32,000 nucleotides of DNA from the NCBI GenBank assembly GCA_008932965.1, contig WBXG01000010.1:1-32000 (forward strand), written 5' to 3'. Below the pieces are notes generated by a model. It was not told where the DNA came from, did no database searches, and worked only from the letters and a program-made list of their open reading frames with translations. This DNA comes from Verrucomicrobiota bacterium (lineage in GTDB: Bacteria > Verrucomicrobiota > Verrucomicrobiia > Chthoniobacterales > UBA6821). Of the stretch, positions 7,875 through 15,991 are shown in pieces. A program made the position numbers and the translations under genes. Positions within the stretch are counted from its first letter, which is position 1. Each line of letters begins with the position of its first letter.

Positions 7875-9869
7875 GTGGCGAGACAACTTCTTTTGCATTG
7901 GGAGAAGAATTTTTTTACTCTTGTTGAATGTGTTAGGAATAAAAAAGGAAGATGGTTATTACATCGGGAAGCGACACACGATCTCTCTCAAGAATCTGAT
8001 CAAGATCTTCTCCATCAGCAAGCACTGGACCAACTTCAAACTACTCTCACCGCATGGGATGTACGTAAGGCAAGCCTTCATTGCTTGCTACCTGCCGAAA
8101 AGATTTTCCTTAAGACTCTGGTATTAGAAATCCCAGCTAATCTGGAGGATCTCATCCCAGAGATAGTGAGATTAGAGGCAAAAAAAGTTTTCCCCGTCCC
8201 ACTCGAGGAGTTGATTTGGAATTTTCAAATATTCCCCTCTCATACCAAGGGAAAGATTTCTATTCTTTACGCTGCAATTAAAAAAAAATCCATTACCCCT
8301 CTCTTGGAGATGAATTTTTTAACAGAGTTAACTCACATATTTCATACTGATTCGTCGCGAGGCACCGCGAATCCTGATGCAGACACCACCGGCGGTCGGG
8401 AGACCGTGGTGGAGACTGCCCTGGCTTTAAGGGGGCAGCCCTGTAAGGGCGAGACGAGCGGGAGTGAGCGAGTCAACGAAGGTGATGGATTGCAACGACG
8501 GCTGCATGTTTCATACTGCCCGAGGAGCAATTCGAGGCTGACGCAGTATCCATCAGGTGTTCGCAAGCCACAGCAGAATCGGGATGAAATATCCGGGTTA
8601 AACTTTCAAACAATCTCCTCAACGACACAGGCCCTCTGCGAGTCTCTCCAACTCATCAATCAAAACCAAGAGACCACTCTGATCATCGATATTAATGGGT
8701 CATTACCGAACGTGATTTTGATGAAGCCTCAAGAAATAATTATCAGCTACACCCTCGAGCAAAGAGCAGTAGGGAGTTCCCAATTAGGAAAAATAGATAC
8801 TGATCTTTCACGTATCCTGGAGCAGGCGACCTCGCAAAAGATGATTCCAACACAGATTGTTGTGACCGGAAAAAGTGCACAAAAAAATCAGCTACTTCTC
8901 CTTCTACAAAAGAAATACCAGATTCCAATCAAGGATCTCGATGAACTGCTCCTGAATCACCTCTCTTGGTTACCGACAACGCCAGAAAATTTAGAAAATA
9001 AAAGTGGCTTCTCAAGGAGCTATGTAGCAGGTGCAATCCATTTTTTTACAAAGAAAAATAGAAATATCGTAGCACAAATATTTCATAATCATCAACCGCA
9101 AAGACTGGTAAGCCTGATGGATACTGGGTTGAACTCGAAGTCTTCCTCCGGCAATCTTTACTCAAGACTATGTCATCAGACTTCATCACGTGCCTTTTCC
9201 CATCAAGTTTCACAGCCTCCTTGTCACCATCAGTATGAAATATTCGATCTCAATCTTCTTCCTCCCTCGTTGGTAGCAAAGCAAAAGTTAAAAAAACAAC
9301 AGTCCTATATCCTAGGGGTCATGACACTAATAACATGCACCTTGCTCCTTGGTTCACTCACTATTTACGACCAAACCAGCCGTCTCATTACAGCCAGTTC
9401 ACAGGCTACTTTTTTTTTAATACAAGAGGAAAAAAGACTTCTTTCCTTGGATCAAGAGATAGCTAGCTTTCAAAAGGTTGAAGAAAAAAACGGAGCTTGG
9501 TTTAGGCTTCTCCAAGCACATGCAGCTTGGCCTCGAGTGATTCAAGAAATTCAAAAAGCCCTCCCTAAACGTTATCTCTGGATTACACAATGCTCTGCTA
9601 ATGATGATCAGAAAAATATCGATAAGACTTCTTCTCTAACTGCCATTACCCTTGAAGGACTCTATCTAGAAAATCCTCGTCAGGCAGATGTCGTCGATGA
9701 TTTTGTTGAAAAACTCAAAAAATCAGATTTTTTTGATATTAAAAAACAAGAGAAGCAACAACTTCTTTGCTCTCCTAATGATGGAAGTGCTTATGCTTAT
9801 CCATGGAAGCTTCGAGTGCCACTCAGGAGTCCTATGAATTTCAATCTTAACCCGGATATTTCATACTGA
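7875..9869 (+). CDS. PilM-like / PilN-like type IV pilus assembly protein read as one ORF. It carries two in-frame MITE insertions and an element-derived C-terminus.
   Basis: The N-terminal part has an actin-like-ATPase pattern (TLIIDINGS, VVTGKSAQ). After the second element come the NLLP motif and one TM helix typical of PilN. GTG start. The ORF ends NPDISY-stop inside element 9847-10028. Confidence 0.6.
   Translation: MARQLLLHWEKNFFTLVECVRNKKGRWLLHREATHDLSQESDQDLLHQQALDQLQTTLTAWDVRKASLHCLLPAEKIFLKTLVLEIPANLEDLIPEIVRLEAKKVFPVPLEELIWNFQIFPSHTKGKISILYAAIKKKSITPLLEMNFLTELTHIFHTDSSRGTANPDADTTGGRETVVETALALRGQPCKGETSGSERVNEGDGLQRRLHVSYCPRSNSRLTQYPSGVRKPQQNRDEISGLNFQTISSTTQALCESLQLINQNQETTLIIDINGSLPNVILMKPQEIIISYTLEQRAVGSSQLGKIDTDLSRILEQATSQKMIPTQIVVTGKSAQKNQLLLLLQKKYQIPIKDLDELLLNHLSWLPTTPENLENKSGFSRSYVAGAIHFFTKKNRNIVAQIFHNHQPQRLVSLMDTGLNSKSSSGNLYSRLCHQTSSRAFSHQVSQPPCHHQYEIFDLNLLPPSLVAKQKLKKQQSYILGVMTLITCTLLLGSLTIYDQTSRLITASSQATFFLIQEEKRLLSLDQEIASFQKVEEKNGAWFRLLQAHAAWPRVIQEIQKALPKRYLWITQCSANDDQKNIDKTSSLTAITLEGLYLENPRQADVVDDFVEKLKKSDFFDIKKQEKQQLLCSPNDGSAYAYPWKLRVPLRSPMNFNLNPDISY
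8328..8601 (+). mobile_element. MITE-like element, long class (270 bp from TTAA to TTAA), inside the pilM-like coding frame
   Basis: TTAA at 8328-8331 and at 8598-8601. About 90 percent identical, without indels, to copy 27942-28215. Visibly GC-rich against AT-rich flanks. Confidence 0.85.
9069..9252 (-). mobile_element. MITE-like element, medium class (180 bp between flank positions), at the PilM/PilN junction, in frame
   Basis: The reverse complement aligns end to end with copy 9847-10028. Termini are agcacaaatatttcataatc and cagtatgaaatattcgatc. Confidence 0.8.
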
Positions 9870-10028
9870 TTGTGACGAGGAGGCTGTGAAGGCTTATGGG
9901 GCAAGGCGAGCGATGAAGTCTGACGACGGCTGTGTGTACACACTGCCCGAGGAAGACTTCGAGATCAACGCAGCATCCATCTTACTTCCCGGTCTCCGCA
10001 GTAGATCAGAATGAAATATTTGGGCTCA
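9847..10028 (+). mobile_element. MITE-like element, medium class, reference orientation
   Basis: Left end is TTAA-cccggatatttcatactg and the right end is cagaatgaaatatttgggc (degenerate). It lies between the convergent pilMN-like and EamA-like genes. Confidence 0.85.
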
Positions 10029-10032
10029 TTGC

Positions 10033-10482
10033 TTACGTGCTATTTTTAATAATAATCATTACCCCTAAGATCACCAAAAAACCTCCCACAAAGGTCATCC
10101 AATTGAGTTGAATCTCTTGAAAAAAAAGCCATGTAAAAATAACAACAAATAGGGGGTATGAAATTTCAATCATCGCGGCAAGAGATGCATTTTTAGCACC
10201 CACTGCTTGATAGGTCATCCAAGCACCAAGCGATGCTGTTAGAAGCGAGAAGAGAAACCATCCAGCATAGCGTGGCTCCAGCTCACGAATTTGGGATAGA
10301 ATCGATGTCCCTTTATTACCAAAGAAAAGAACCAATCCAGCAACAAGGACTCCTACAAGAGAATAACAAAAAAAGAACGCCGACGGGGTTACCCTAGAAC
10401 GCAAAATTGGGCCACTTGCAGCATAACTGGAGCCCCAAAGCACGGAAGCAGCAACAGCATAGATTACCCATTTTTCATACAT
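10033..10482 (-). CDS. Small DMT/EamA-like membrane transporter (single EamA domain)
   Basis: About 150 aa, 5 predicted TM helices, EamA-like pattern. I chose the ATG (MYEKW) at 10482. Confidence 0.55.
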   Translation of the reverse strand: MYEKWVIYAVAASVLWGSSYAASGPILRSRVTPSAFFFCYSLVGVLVAGLVLFFGNKGTSILSQIRELEPRYAGWFLFSLLTASLGAWMTYQAVGAKNASLAAMIEISYPLFVVIFTWLFFQEIQLNWMTFVGGFLVILGVMIIIKNST

Positions 10483-10625
10483 AAAAAAAAAGAGCATGTT
10501 TGAAAAGAGAAGGAGAAACAAGCCCTCAATATCATATAAAGTTGACTCAATAAAAAAGGATCAAAACTTTATAAATGACTCTTTTTTTGTGCTCTTTGTG
10601 CTTCTTCCTGCCTATCTTATTTTAT

Positions 10626-11087
10626 ATGCCCGTTGAAATAGAACGAAAATTTTTAGTTAAAAACGATACCTGGCGCTCCGAAGCTGTTGGCATCGACTAT
10701 TGCCAGGGATACCTTTCCCGTAAACCTGAAGCCGTTGTCCGTGTGCGTATCGAAGGGAAGAACTCTTTTCTCACCATTAAGGGTCGGAGCCAAGGAATTA
10801 GCCGACCTGAATTTGAATACCAAATTCCCATTAAGGAGGCTCTAGAATTACAACAACTCTGTACTACTCCACTCGTAAAAAAAACCCGTTACCACATTCC
10901 TTATGACGGGATGATATGGGAGGTTGATGAGTTTCAGGGTGAGAACGAAGGTCTTATTATTGCTGAAATTGAACTCGATCATCCTGAAGCACTCATCACA
11001 CTCCCTCCGTGGGTTGGAGTAGAAGTCTCTCATGATCGGCGTTATTGTAATTCTCATTTAGCAACACATCCCTTTAAATCCTGGTAA
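10626..11087 (+). CDS. CYTH domain protein (CyaB-like class IV adenylyl cyclase / triphosphatase family)
   Basis: The start MPVEIERKFLV carries the EXEXK CYTH signature. About 153 aa, typical length. Confidence 0.85.
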   Translation: MPVEIERKFLVKNDTWRSEAVGIDYCQGYLSRKPEAVVRVRIEGKNSFLTIKGRSQGISRPEFEYQIPIKEALELQQLCTTPLVKKTRYHIPYDGMIWEVDEFQGENEGLIIAEIELDHPEALITLPPWVGVEVSHDRRYCNSHLATHPFKSW

Positions 11088-11332
11088 ATATTTATCATAA
11101 AGCACGTCCCATTGGAGCCGAAGCTTGTATTTAAGAGGCTTTGAGGGCTAAAAAAGTTGAGTATCACAAGCCAAAAAAGCTGTTATGTTCTAAATAGAGG
11201 TGGCCCCCAAAAACTGGACCAGTAGTTAAGCTTTAAAAAGAGTGGAGAAGGAAGGTAAAAACATTATTTTCACTTGCGAAACTTAAGTAAGTGAGTAGAT
11301 TTAAATACAGTTTAAGAAAAAAATAAAAAATT

Positions 11333-12310
11333 ATGATAACACCTCGTCTTTTTACATTATTAGCACTGATTGTTTCTGTGCTAGGATTCAGCAATCTTTC
11401 AGCGCAAACAACATCGCCTGCGCCTTCCGATCAAGCAACTGCCCAAGATCCAGGTAATAGCGCAGGACCGTTCAACCTGAGTAAAGATCAGCTTCTGAGC
11501 TTGGGATATCGGATGTGGAATAATTATGCTGGTGGGACTGTAGATGGGTTGACTAAATGGGATGGCTCGGATGACAATCATCAATTCATGTACCTTGGCA
11601 TTGCCAATAATATCTGGCTTCCAGAAGGTTCAACCTCCATGTTTGGTGAAGATTGGCCAACGGTGGCTCAGCGCCTCCAAGAGCTTGGATGCAAGATCAA
11701 ACCTTGGATGTTGAACGGCTGCCCTTGGACAACACAAGAGGAATTTAACGCTGACTTTAATGGCAAGAAGATGACTTGGCTGCGCACCCATCTTTCCAAG
11801 GAGAAATTTGTTCGCGCTCAAGCTTTCTGCATTGCCGAGCGACTTCAACGGACGATGGATCCTAGCTCTCCAGACTCTCTCTTGACCGGCCTTGCTGCCG
11901 ACCAGAGCGCACTGGTACAGAAAAATTTTGAACTCGTTGTGAATTCAATAGACCCTCTCGGTGTCTATGCTTTGATTGATTACGTCAATTTCAAAGGCGA
12001 AGGACGCCTTGGTGCAACCGAATTTAATGGCCAAAGTTGGGGATTGCTCCAAGTGTTGCTCAACATGCAAACGCCTGCGGAAGGTGCCAGTGATGCTGAC
12101 GTGATGAAAGCTTTTGTTCAAAGCGCTAAGTTCACACTCTGCCAACGCGTTATCAATCATAAGATTCAAGATCCTACTAACAATGATGTGCAGTATCTTG
12201 ACATGTGGGTCGCGCACTTGAACGACTATTTGTTGACCAATGCAGAAGTGACAGCACGCGGCTTGGATAAAGCGCCTGCAGCTCCTGCAGCCGATACTTC
12301 GAGTAACTAA
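11333..12310 (+). CDS. Secreted protein of unknown function
   Basis: 325-aa ORF with a signal-peptide-like N-terminus (LFTLLALIVSVLGFSNLSAQ). It is followed by a strong intrinsic terminator. I recognise no family motif. Confidence 0.7.
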   Translation: MITPRLFTLLALIVSVLGFSNLSAQTTSPAPSDQATAQDPGNSAGPFNLSKDQLLSLGYRMWNNYAGGTVDGLTKWDGSDDNHQFMYLGIANNIWLPEGSTSMFGEDWPTVAQRLQELGCKIKPWMLNGCPWTTQEEFNADFNGKKMTWLRTHLSKEKFVRAQAFCIAERLQRTMDPSSPDSLLTGLAADQSALVQKNFELVVNSIDPLGVYALIDYVNFKGEGRLGATEFNGQSWGLLQVLLNMQTPAEGASDADVMKAFVQSAKFTLCQRVINHKIQDPTNNDVQYLDMWVAHLNDYLLTNAEVTARGLDKAPAAPAADTSSN

Positions 12311-12330
12311 AATTACTAAAAAATCCTTAA

Positions 12331-12365
12331 AGCCCCGATTGTTTTTCGATCGGGGCTTTTTTTTT
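12331..12365 (+). terminator. Rho-independent terminator
   Basis: A 9-bp GC-rich stem (agccccgat 12331-12339 pairing with atcggggct 12349-12357) is followed by a run of 9 T's. Confidence 0.85.
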
Positions 12366-12376
12366 AACTCTTGCCC

Positions 12377-12604
12377 ATGAAAGCTATCCTCCTTGGACTT
12401 CTTGTTGCTGTCTTCATTATGGTGCTGATCCTTGTTGCTTTTTGGGTAACGCGGCCAGGTTTTTTTTCGCCGCATCATTCTTTGAATGCTGCTCCCAAGG
12501 CTTTTGATCCGCATCTTTCAGTACAAATCACACAACAACAAAAGCAGAAACTTTCATCAACCTTCAGCTCAACCAACCTATCAGCCAGGTTTGCAACCAA
12601 CTGA
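12377..12604 (+). CDS. Small single-pass membrane protein; possibly the 5' part of a frame-disrupted gene
   Basis: MKAILLGLLVAVFIMVLILVAFWV looks like a TM helix. A Q/P/S-rich continuation is open in another frame (12486-12677). Confidence 0.35.
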   Translation: MKAILLGLLVAVFIMVLILVAFWVTRPGFFSPHHSLNAAPKAFDPHLSVQITQQQKQKLSSTFSSTNLSARFATN

Positions 12605-13049
12605 ACAACTTAATTTGCAGTCAACGGATGAGCCAACAAGTCAACCGTCCGACTCTAGTTCAGATGATTCATCATAGAAAAGATCAGCTGATATCATCGA
12701 AGCTGCTTCTATGGGAGGAGTATTTGGAACAGGGGCATTAATTTGGGCTCTTCATAAGAGTGCTGTTTTGGATGGTACCAAAGCTCATTTTACAAATAAA
12801 TTTTTTCCCAACAGAGGAAAATAGTGCCAGTAGAAGCAGTAATAGAGGAGGAATCTGGTGATGTTGAATTATTCGGCGGAACAGCAACCAATCCCGACTC
12901 TCAAAATTGAAGAAAACTAGGAGTTAAATAGTTGGGATGCTTGCTATAAAAAATCCACTTTTGTTTACTCTCTTTGTGTTCTTTTATGGCTAATTTTCTT
13001 TTTTTAATTAGATTCTTAATCCCTTCTATTCCTGTGAATTTTTTTTATC

Positions 13050-15044
13050 ATGCTCACTGCTTCTAACTTATCTAAATCTTTTGGTGGCCGTACTCTTTTT
13101 GAAGAGGCCTCTCTTCAAGTCAATCGGGGTGACCGCATTGGTCTTATTGGAGCCAACGGAGCTGGTAAGTCTACCCTTTTTTCTCTTATTCTCAAAGAAG
13201 CCTCCCCCGATTCCGGAGTAATTGCTCTGGAGCGAAATATCCAAATTGGTTTTCTTCCCCAAGAAAATGCTACCTCTGGCAATGAGACCATTTTGGAATT
13301 AGCCACTGGAATTAATCCAGCAATGGAAGAAGCTCATCGGCTCTTGCGTGAGCACCCCAACCATGAAGATCCACTACATCATGAGGGACAGGCCCTCTTT
13401 GCTGAAAATGAGGGCTATGCCCTTGAGGCCAAAGCAAAACGGATCTTGAATGGCCTTGCCTTTCGTGAAAACGACTTTAACCGCATGGCCCGCACCATGA
13501 GTGGTGGTTGGATCATGCGGGCACACCTTGCTCGTCTCCTCGTCTTAGAACCTGACCTGCTGATGTTAGATGAGCCGACGAATCACTTGGATCTAGAATC
13601 CCTTGGCTGGTTTCAAAATTATCTCATTAATTATAGCGGGGCCATTCTAGCCATTTCTCATGATCGCGAATTCTTAAATGTGATTTGTGAATCGATTCTT
13701 CAAATTAGTCATCGCAAACTTCATCACTATCGAGGCAACTTCGATTCTTTTCTGGAACAAAAAGCTGCTCGAGATGAACAACAGCTTGCTGCTTATAAAA
13801 GTCAGCAACGTGAAATTGTAGAGATCCAACGTTTCATCGATCGCTTTAGAGCGAAAGCAAGCAAAGCCTCTCAAGCTCAAGATCGTATGAAACAACTTGC
13901 TCGTATGGTTCGTATTGAACCACCAGAACGTGCCGAATCAACTGTTCATTTTCGTTTCCCTCAGCCAGTTCGTAGTGGACAGCGTGTTGCTCGCTTAACA
14001 GATGTTAAACAGGCTTATGGGGCTCATGTGGTCTATGAAAATCTCAACCTGGAAGTAGAACGTGGACAACGCACTGTCCTTGTCGGGCCTAACGGTGCTG
14101 GAAAATCGACCTTATTAAAAATCCTTGCAGACATGCTTCCTCTGGAAGCTGGGACCTATGAACATGGTCATAACAGTTCGATTGGTTATTTTGCACAACA
14201 CCGGACCGAAATGATGGATCTAAAAAAAACAGTGCTCCAGGAAGTTATGAGTATTCCCAAGCCAGTTGCCGAACAGACAGCACGCACCATCCTGGGCTCT
14301 TTTTTATTTCGTGGAGAGGATGTCTTTAAACCAGTGGCAGTCTTAAGTGGTGGAGAGAAAAGTCGTTTAGCTCTCGTAAAACTGCTCCTAGATCCTCCTA
14401 ATTTTTTACTCCTCGATGAACCGACCACTCATCTTGATATGCCAAGTATTGATGCTCTCATTAGTGCATTAAAACAATATGAGGGAACCTTATTGTTTGT
14501 GAGTCACGATGTTTATTTTATCAAAGCCTCTGCAACAAGTGTCCTTCATATTAATGCTGGAGATGTCACTCCCTATGCTGGTGACTATAATTATTACTTA
14601 GAAAAATCGGGAGCAATTTCGGAAAAAGCAGCCCTTGTCTCACCCGGGAATGGACCATTACTGAGTAACTCCCAGCCTCAGAAACTTGTTTCTACCGCTC
14701 CTGCAATACCCAAGATGGGTCTCAAAGAGATCAAAGCGCTTCGTAAAGCAGAGGCAGAAAAAAGAAAAACTGCCAATAAGCTACGACGTGAGCTTGAAAA
14801 AGAGATTGCAGCACTTGAATCAACTATTGCTAATTTAGAATCTGAAAAAAACCGTTTGGAAGCAGCTCTTGAAGATCCTATTTCCTACGAAAAAGGAACG
14901 ACTTTTCAACTCAATCGTGAACTTTCAGTGACTTTAGCAACATTAGAAAGAACAACATGCCGGTGGGATCAACTCACCACAAGGTTGACTCAAGAGTATC
15001 CTGAAGCATTCTTAACAAAGGAAGATGAGATTGTCATTCAATGA
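13050..15044 (+). CDS. ABC-F family ATPase (translation-associated, Uup/YheS/EttA-like)
   Basis: 664 aa with no TM segments. It has two ABC cassettes (GANGAGKST / GPNGAGKST, signatures MSGGW / LSGGEKSR, Walker B LMLDEPTNHLD / LLLDEPTTHLD) and a C-terminal coiled coil. Confidence 0.92.
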   Translation: MLTASNLSKSFGGRTLFEEASLQVNRGDRIGLIGANGAGKSTLFSLILKEASPDSGVIALERNIQIGFLPQENATSGNETILELATGINPAMEEAHRLLREHPNHEDPLHHEGQALFAENEGYALEAKAKRILNGLAFRENDFNRMARTMSGGWIMRAHLARLLVLEPDLLMLDEPTNHLDLESLGWFQNYLINYSGAILAISHDREFLNVICESILQISHRKLHHYRGNFDSFLEQKAARDEQQLAAYKSQQREIVEIQRFIDRFRAKASKASQAQDRMKQLARMVRIEPPERAESTVHFRFPQPVRSGQRVARLTDVKQAYGAHVVYENLNLEVERGQRTVLVGPNGAGKSTLLKILADMLPLEAGTYEHGHNSSIGYFAQHRTEMMDLKKTVLQEVMSIPKPVAEQTARTILGSFLFRGEDVFKPVAVLSGGEKSRLALVKLLLDPPNFLLLDEPTTHLDMPSIDALISALKQYEGTLLFVSHDVYFIKASATSVLHINAGDVTPYAGDYNYYLEKSGAISEKAALVSPGNGPLLSNSQPQKLVSTAPAIPKMGLKEIKALRKAEAEKRKTANKLRRELEKEIAALESTIANLESEKNRLEAALEDPISYEKGTTFQLNRELSVTLATLERTTCRWDQLTTRLTQEYPEAFLTKEDEIVIQ

Positions 15045-15107
15045 GAATGCATCCAATCGAAGATGATACGCTAGGAGCTGCTCTTTAGATTTAAAAGACT
15101 ATAAATT

Positions 15108-15557
15108 TCAAATAATATTTTGATGAAGTAGTATTAAAATATTATTTAAAGCATGTTGTATCGTCTCACAACAGTGTTGATATGTTTCTAGATTGCCTCC
15201 GATAGGATCGATGACATCCTCCTGTGTGATTCCTTCATTAAGTAAAAAAAACTTTTTTTGGTGCTCAGGATAGAGGAAGAGGAGCTCTCGAAGATGATCG
15301 CGGGTCATTGCAAAAACATGGGTTGATTGCTCGATTAAAAACGGGGTAACAGGCTGACTTTTAAATAAAGAAAAATCGATGCCATGCTCTGACAAAACCG
15401 CATTAGTAAATGAACTTGCAGAAAGGCCCCGTGCTGCATGCAGACCAGCAGAAGCAACAGTAAAACCGTGATTCTCTTCTACCATTTTTTGAAAAAGCCC
15501 ATGAGCAATTGGACTTCTACACGTATTACCGGTACAAACAAAAAGTATCCTCTTCAT
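15108..15557 (-). CDS. Low-molecular-weight protein tyrosine phosphatase family
   Basis: 149 aa with the N-terminal CTGNTCRS P-loop (CX5R-S). Confidence 0.88.
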   Translation of the reverse strand: MKRILFVCTGNTCRSPIAHGLFQKMVEENHGFTVASAGLHAARGLSASSFTNAVLSEHGIDFSLFKSQPVTPFLIEQSTHVFAMTRDHLRELLFLYPEHQKKFFLLNEGITQEDVIDPIGGNLETYQHCCETIQHALNNILILLHQNII

Positions 15558-15675
15558 TCAAAGAGAGTAGTTAAAAACTGCCCTCCTAAGCAAGGACTTG
15601 CCGAAAAGTTGCTAAAAATCATATCAAAATGATAGTGACATTAGATTGGTTATTGGCTAGAGTTACACGTTCATT

Positions 15676-15981
15676 ATGCAACGAAAAAGCGCCTTCTCTC
15701 GTAGACTACCTGACCTCGTAACTGAGGAATTAGTCGCCGTACTCTCCAAAAAAGGAACTTCTTTTGAATTCAAGCAACTGTTCGATATTATTTATGAACG
15801 TCTAAAAAAGAGAAACGCTGCTAGTGGAGGAGAAGAAATGCTACGTCTCCGTGCCTATGAAAAGCTCCAGCATCTCGTTTCCAGAGGTATGGTTAAAAAG
15901 ACAGGAAAAAAATATAAAGGCCTCGTCTCACTTGCAAATGCATTGACACCAACAGAACCTTTTGTTACTAAGCCAGCTTAA
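15676..15981 (+). CDS. Small basic hypothetical protein
   Basis: 101-aa ORF with an ATG start. It ends 10 nt before the nuoA ATG. No motif recognised. Confidence 0.45.
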   Translation: MQRKSAFSRRLPDLVTEELVAVLSKKGTSFEFKQLFDIIYERLKKRNAASGGEEMLRLRAYEKLQHLVSRGMVKKTGKKYKGLVSLANALTPTEPFVTKPA

Positions 15982-15991
15982 CTTCATTGCT

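Noticed and set aside
8342-8566. A 74-aa ORF on the minus strand inside the long element. The paralogous element is also open in this frame, as part of the 142-aa ORF 27956-28384.
   Set aside because: When I compared the two element-encoded peptides, about 12 of 74 residues differ, so most of the roughly 20 nucleotide changes are non-synonymous. There is no start or RBS context. The second ORF only reaches 142 aa by running antisense into the L,D-transpeptidase gene. GC-rich sequence is expected to lack stops. I treat these ORFs as non-coding.
11945-12514. A 189-aa ORF on the minus strand.
   Set aside because: It is antisense to the well-supported secreted-protein gene and runs through its terminator. 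It is lysine/arginine-rich low-complexity sequence, typical of a shadow frame.
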